DNA of 64,000 nucleotides. Origin: a virus. Its lineage: Duplodnaviria > Caudoviricetes. The notes below the pieces were generated by a model. That model was not told where the DNA came from and searched no databases. It saw only the letters and a program-made list of their open reading frames with translations. The position numbers were made by a program, and so were the translations under genes. Location: positions 1,927-65,926 of IMG/VR virus record IMGVR_UViG_3300049742_000009; one strand, given 5' to 3'. Of the stretch, positions 61,309 to 64,000 are shown piece by piece (within the stretch, counting starts at the first letter, position 1; every line of letters begins with the position of its first letter).

Positions 61309-61821
61309 TCAGACGGTTACAGTGAAGATGCCAGACGCGTTCCACACGATGGTGAACGTACCGGCGGTCACGCTCTGGCCGGAGCCGAACGAGTTGAAAC
61401 ACACGCCGAGCTTTGCGACGCCACCCGTGCCAGCAGCAATGCTGTTGTCGTACACCAGGCAGCCGTACGCGTTCGAGATCGTGACGTTACCGCCACCGGC
61501 AAGGTCCGCAGCGTCGAACGTGAAGACGTTAGACGAAACCGTTGCGGTCTTCGACGCCAACGCACGACCACCAGCAACCCAGTTGGTCGCGTCAGTGACC
61601 TCATTGGAAGTCACCCACGGACCACCGGTACCGTTGTAGGCTGCGTGTGCGGCTGTGTCAGTCTCGGACGGCGTGCCGGTGTTGTTGTAGAGCGCCACGT
61701 TGATGGTGTCGTTCACCAGGCCAGTGTACGAGTTGGGGATCTTGACGGGGGTTGTCTGATCTCCGTTACCCATGACGCCCTGCGCCCAGGTAACGAACAT
61801 CTTGCTTCCAGACCAGGTCAT
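61309..61821 (-). CDS. putative fibre shaft subunit
   Basis: DTINVALY...NEV....Y/W.AGG.AL...FDAAD...LVYD...GTFTIVW.ASGIF; AAGGAAGG RBS. Confidence 0.65.
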   Translation of the reverse strand: MTWSGSKMFVTWAQGVMGNGDQTTPVKIPNSYTGLVNDTINVALYNNTGTPSETDTAAHAAYNGTGGPWVTSNEVTDATNWVAGGRALASKTATVSSNVFTFDAADLAGGGNVTISNAYGCLVYDNSIAAGTGGVAKLGVCFNSFGSGQSVTAGTFTIVWNASGIFTVTV

Positions 61822-61873
61822 TTTAAGTCACCTTCCTTGTTACTGCGTTGACCCAAATTTCCGGGTCTGCTGA

Positions 61874-62185
61874 TCAGAACTCCATCTTCACTACGGCAGC
61901 ACCAGGGAACACAACAACATCGTTGCCATCTTCCCGGGTGACGCTGATAGCCGATACCGGCTTGCCATCCTCGTCCTTACGAACTGCCCAGTCGTAGCGA
62001 ACGTAGTCTTCCCAATCGGTCGCCTCGACCTTGCACTTGGTGCCTGCTGGCACCATCGGAGCCGTAAGGCCCTTAAGGCCAGGGCAGTTGTGCATCCTAC
62101 TCTGGCCCGGCTTCACCGAACAGACATCCTGCGTATCGCAGTTGGGGCATTCCCAGCGCGTCTCTCCGGAGAGTATCACTGTCAT
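61874..62185 (-). CDS. hypothetical zinc-binding protein in the fibre cassette
   Basis: WECPNC...MHNCPGLKGLTAPMV. Confidence 0.7.
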   Translation of the reverse strand: MTVILSGETRWECPNCDTQDVCSVKPGQSRMHNCPGLKGLTAPMVPAGTKCKVEATDWEDYVRYDWAVRKDEDGKPVSAISVTREDGNDVVVFPGAAVVKMEF

Positions 62186-63819
62186 GTTCTCTTTACCTTA
62201 ATCTCTCTTATTTCGTGGGGAATAGTATAGCTTCGGTCTGCGGTCAACGAAACGCGCAGCACGCGTACTACGTCTGACGTTCCGCCAGTAGCGTGCCCGA
62301 TGGCGTCGTAAGCGTTACCTTGTGCATTGCCGAAGCCCGATAGGCCAGCTCCGATGCGCAAGCCCGCGTTGTATGCGGTAGTAACTATCGCAGACTTAGC
62401 AACACTTGGGTTACTAGTTGAATGAATCTGCGTTAGGTACAGATCAACCGTAGCGACCGGCATTCCGTCAATTGCAGCCGTAGCTACGGGCTGCGAGTCT
62501 ACGACCCCTACATCACCCTCGACCTGTGCTGTGCCAGCGTTCGCACTTATGCCGACCTGCACAACTGCATCGAAAGCCTGCGCAGTTGAGGCGATGGGAT
62601 CAACGTAGACTATCGCCTCGGTGTCATATGCGTCCAACCTGACAACCGCTGGGATGGCGTGCGCCGTTCCAGGCTGGATCGTAATGTTCGCTATAGCGAA
62701 CATGTGGGCAACATCAGGAAAAACATTGGTATTTGATGAGCTAGAGTCAAACGCAGTCGCCGTAACGCTAGCAAGTCCCGCGCTTACGTTGGACTCTACG
62801 GATACATCTGCACCGTAAGCAATCGCCGCAGCATCCGCAGCACCAGCCGCACCCGTTACTCCGCTCGTCACCGTAGCCGAGTAGACAGCAGCAGTCGCGG
62901 CGGCCGAACCGATCGGCGCGCTGTCGGCGTCCGTGATCGTCGGACCCTGGACGGCAGCGGTCGCGGAAGCCGCACCGGCCGGGACCCCGGTCGCCACAAT
63001 CGGCGCCAGAGCGGCGGCATTTGCCTGCGCACGCCCAGGTTGGGCGGTTGCCATCGGCGCAGAGAGCGCAGCGGCAGTCGCAGCGGCCTTGCCAGCCGTA
63101 GGCGCCACGGTCTTGGTCGTGGTCGGCGTCTGGGCCGTGGCGGTTGTCATGGCCACGCCAGCAGACGCATTGACGGCCGTAGCGGCAGGCGCGAGGAACA
63201 GAAGCCCGTCGCCACCGTACCAGTTGGTGTGACCATCGGTGGCGGTGGTCGAGTAGCTCTGAGATCCAGTGGGCGCGTTCAAGCGATAGAAACTGAAGGT
63301 ACTACCTGTCGTACTGTCGTCTCCGCTTACAACAGCAACAGACATATTAGTGGGCGTACCCTGTCCGTGGCCCGCACCGCCGTTGTAGAAGTTACCTACG
63401 AACACAGCGCAAGCTGAGCTTGTGCCAGTGTTGTTGACGGAAGGGGATGTCACGGTTGCGTGACTGACTCCGCCCCACCTTGTACCGCTATGCGCTATAA
63501 CGGGGTTGCTAGTGTTTGCGCCAGTGAACACAGTAGTAGCGCCAGCGCCAAAGCAACCCGAGCCGTCGCTAGTTGCGGTGATGGAACCCTCGCCGCCGGT
63601 TGCCACCTTGTAGAAGATCCAGTGGCTACCGGTATTGCTCATTCCACCGTCAAGCTGCGTCCAACCGGAGCCAGATAGCGAAAGTGTCGTCGTCCCAAAG
63701 AATCCGCCCAGGGATACGATGATAATTGCGCCCGCAGGAATGCTAGCCGGGGTCGGAATTACCGGAGTTGAGGTACCGGAATACTGCGCCGAAGCGGAGC
63801 CGAAATACGCTATAGCCAC
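62182..63819 (-). CDS. fibre-like virion protein (binding module plus about 13-14 Ala-rich repeats)
   Basis: P.SIPAGAIIIV module; AG.A.A.A repeats; GAAGGGG RBS. Confidence 0.7.
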   Translation of the reverse strand: MAIAYFGSASAQYSGTSTPVIPTPASIPAGAIIIVSLGGFFGTTTLSLSGSGWTQLDGGMSNTGSHWIFYKVATGGEGSITATSDGSGCFGAGATTVFTGANTSNPVIAHSGTRWGGVSHATVTSPSVNNTGTSSACAVFVGNFYNGGAGHGQGTPTNMSVAVVSGDDSTTGSTFSFYRLNAPTGSQSYSTTATDGHTNWYGGDGLLFLAPAATAVNASAGVAMTTATAQTPTTTKTVAPTAGKAAATAAALSAPMATAQPGRAQANAAALAPIVATGVPAGAASATAAVQGPTITDADSAPIGSAAATAAVYSATVTSGVTGAAGAADAAAIAYGADVSVESNVSAGLASVTATAFDSSSSNTNVFPDVAHMFAIANITIQPGTAHAIPAVVRLDAYDTEAIVYVDPIASTAQAFDAVVQVGISANAGTAQVEGDVGVVDSQPVATAAIDGMPVATVDLYLTQIHSTSNPSVAKSAIVTTAYNAGLRIGAGLSGFGNAQGNAYDAIGHATGGTSDVVRVLRVSLTADRSYTIPHEIREIKVKRT

Positions 63820-64000
63820 GACTCAACCGCCCCTTCCGATGCGACCCCTCCGCCATGCTGTTACAACTCAGGTCAGTCGATAGAGACGACGTTTCCGCAG
63901 GTCAGAGGCTAAATGGGCACCGGTCGAGCCAAGCTCAATTCGCCTTAGCCGCGCGACATTTGAACTAGAGAGAGAAAACCGGACTGCGGGGTCCGTGGGC

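Overview
This window is a 64 kb stretch of a tailed (siphovirus-like) actinobacteriophage, probably infecting Streptomyces or a related filamentous actinomycete (BldC-, DivIVA- and LAXTG-like genes). Almost all genes are on the minus strand. Read in transcription direction from 64000 down to 1: a probable terminus-proximal non-coding region; a 9.4 kb cassette of fibre-like proteins with Ala-rich repeats placed before the terminase; terminase small and large subunits; portal; a protease-scaffold-capsid fusion; an initiator tRNA; a Lys/Pro-rich protein; a four-gene glycosylation cassette; head-tail and tail genes with a GGGTTTC -1 frameshift; a 2138 aa tape measure with three muralytic domains; minor tail proteins; and an expanded cell-wall/lysis module (secreted LysM-excalibur-SLT, DivIVA, secreted NlpC/P60, CHAP-LysM endolysin, holin). 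A short plus-strand immunity cassette (XRE repressor plus four genes) follows, with no integrase in the window. The leftward early/middle arm has many small ORFs (many absent from the supplied ORF track), a tRNA-like element, a hairpin array, DUF932, two endonuclease VII genes, a PD-(D/E)xK exonuclease, a BldC homologue, a probable SSB, a metallophosphoesterase, a DUF4406-DUF6378 fusion, a processive GT2 paired with a 38 aa LAHTG sorting-signal peptide, and a Prim-Pol. All family assignments come from motif recognition by eye, not database searches.
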